Origin: an uncultured Spirochaetota bacterium
GTDB lineage: Bacteria; Spirochaetota; Spirochaetia; SZUA-6; Fen-1364
DNA: 64,000 bases
Assembly (NCBI GenBank): GCA_963781885.1
Contig: CAWAHW010000002.1
Location: forward strand, 1,152,001-1,216,000
Direction of reading: 5' to 3'
The notes under the pieces are model-generated. The model was given only the letters and a program-made list of their open reading frames with translations. It did no database searches and was not told the DNA's origin. Positions 61,958-64,000 of this stretch are shown one piece after another; the first letter of the stretch is position 1, and every line of letters starts with the position of its first letter. The position numbers and the translations under genes are program-made.

Positions 61958-63218
61958 CTACCTTGCCCTCTCCAACACGGTGACGCAGTTCGTCACGCCG
62001 GAGCCGCCCACGTTGAATGTCACGCCGAGCCGCGGCGCTTTCTTCGCGGGCGCCGCCCCAATGGGCTTGCCGACGAGCTGCTTGTACAGCATCGCGTGCA
62101 TCGAAACCCCCGTCGCGCCGACGGGATGGCCTTTTGCCTTGAGCCCGCCCGAGAGGTTGACGCAGCAGGCGGGGTCGTCGCGGCCGAATCTGCCGTCAAG
62201 ATAGTCGTAGCCCGCACGGCCGTCCGCCGAAAGGCCAAGGGCCTCGGTCGTCAGGAGCTGATTGATGGTGAAGCAGTCGTGCACTTCCGCAAGATCGATG
62301 TCCGCGACGGACACCCCCGCCTCGGCGAATGCGCGGCGGACGGCCTCCTTGCCGGCAGCGAGCTCGTGCATGTTGCCGTGGCCCGCGAGGGGAAGGCGCT
62401 CGTTCGCGTGCCCGATGCCGGCGATTCTCACCGCCGCACCGTGTTTCACGGCGTCCTCTGCGCGCATGATGACCACCGCGGCCGCGCCGTCGCTCACGAG
62501 CGAGCAGTCGTGCAGGCGCAGCGGCTCCGCGATCATCGGATTTCTCTCCGGGGGCAGGGCGAGTATCGCGTCAGCCGTGAAGAGGCCGAGCCTGTCCGCA
62601 GGCCCGCCCTTGCCGAAATGCGCCAGAGGGTTGTCGACGCCGTTGCGGTAGCACAAAGCCGAGACAGTCGCAAGCATGCGCGCCAGAGTTTCGGCCGGGA
62701 GCGCGTAGCGGGCCGCATAGCCTTTGGCATATTCCGCGAACAGACAGGGGAACGTGATGTCCTTCAATCCCTCGTCGGGCCAGTAGGACGCCGTGGCAAG
62801 GGCGTGCGTGGCGCCCTTCGTGTCGAGCAGGTTCATCTTCTCGACGCCCATGACCAGGGCGACGCGGGCGCGTCCCGCCTCGATTGCGTTGACCGCGTCA
62901 TAGATCGCGACGGAGCCCGACGCGCAGGCAGCCTCGCAGCGGGTGATGGGCTTGAAGCGCAGCCCCTGCGGGTCGATCTCGGCGGCAAATGCCGCCAGAT
63001 GCTCCTGGTTGGCGAACTGACCGGGCGCAAATGTTCCCACCCAGAACGCCGTCCACGTCCCTCCCCTCGATGCCCGCGTCAGCCAGGGCGCCGCGCCCGG
63101 CTTCAAGCATGAGATCGTAGATGCTTCTCAGATCCGTGACGGCGCCCGTCTGCTTGTCCCTGCGGACGAAGCTTCCGAACGCGGTGTTGTAGGCGCCGAC
63201 GATGCTGGTGCGGCTCAT
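61958..63218 (-). CDS. SCP2-type thiolase-domain protein (frameshift near 63047)
   Basis: 'EAACASG', 'DCSLVSDGAAA', 'AEVHDCFT', 'NLSGGLKAKGHPVGATG'; N-terminal 'MSRTSIVGAYNTAFG' is in another frame. Confidence 0.85.
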
Positions 63219-64000
63219 GGCTGCAGCCTCCCGGTGATGAACTCTCTGAGAAGGCTGATGAAAAGCGGGGGGTCCTCCACGATGACCGAATGGCCCACGT
63301 GCTCGACGATTGAAAGCCGGGCGTCCGGGAACGCGGACGTTGTTTCCCGCGCCATCGCCTCGGTGATGATGGTGTCCCGGCGGCCCCAGATGACGAGCAC
63401 GGGGCCTGAAAATGCGGCGCAGAGTGTTGTGTAGTTGATGCGGCCGAGGGCTTCGGGATTGCCTACCCACACGGGGGCGGCCGCCTTCATCGCGTCATCG
63501 ACCAGCAAACTGAGAAATCTTTCGTCCGTCAGCGTCGGAGCGATGGCGCGGAGGGCCGGGCAAGAATTTCCCTGTGAGTGCGCATCATCTCTTTCAGCGG
63601 ATGGCTTTCGGGAGAATCTGCAAGTCCGCAAGGCGCGGCCGAATCAACGAGCACCATTCCGCTGACACGGTTCGGGAAGCGCACGCCAAGCGACATGGCC
63701 ACGGATCCGCCGAACGAGTGACCCACGACGACCGGTCTTTCCAGGCCGCGCTTCTCTATGAATGAGAGAACCGCATCCGCATAGCGGTCGATTTCGGGAA
63801 CCCCGGCCAGTGGAGTCGACCTGCCGAAGCTCGGCATGTCGAGTGCCACGGTCTTGGCTCCCGGGACGTCCATGACCCGTTCGTACCAGCGATGTGACCC
63901 TATCTGCCCATGGAGATAGACGATGGGCGCTCCCTGGCCCTGCTCGACAAAACAGAGTCGGCCGCCTTCGATATCGATGAAAGTTTCCGCCGTGCCGCCG
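63215..64000 (-). CDS. Alpha/beta hydrolase (5' end outside window; frameshift near 63560)
   Basis: 'VYLHG', 'DMPSFGRS', nucleophile elbow 'GHSFGG', 'WGRRD', 'VGH'. Confidence 0.85.

Overview
GC-rich bacterial chromosomal window, most consistent with a free-living Spirochaetia genome (inference from a DUF3996-type outer-membrane protein, an 'AFAGGAKE' solute-binding-protein signal and several orphan beta-barrel-like proteins). Recognisable genes include a beta-mannoside ABC/GH130 operon, panB, a Liv-type ABC operon with a cyclase-family hydrolase, a Lol-like export operon, iorAB, carAB, gpsA, ald, a DnaE2-like polymerase and tRNA-Val(TAC). A catabolic block follows the tRNA (ABC, ASRT, creatinase-like M24 protein, LacI, GH127, SDR/URO-D/YfcC). 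No transposase, integrase, phage gene or CRISPR array was seen. Eight otherwise intact genes carry frameshifts, most explained by one extra base, which suggests long-read errors. The most interesting signals are: (1) a three-gene cytochrome b6-like module with no Rieske or c-type subunit; (2) a dnaE2-like gene with a perfect 17-bp inverted repeat over its promoter and start codon, plus an in-frame 174-nt palindromic insertion; (3) a probable LacI regulon with a repeated 14-bp operator, covering an ASRT protein and an M24 enzyme that has lost metal ligands. All family calls come from motif recognition by eye; no database search was run.
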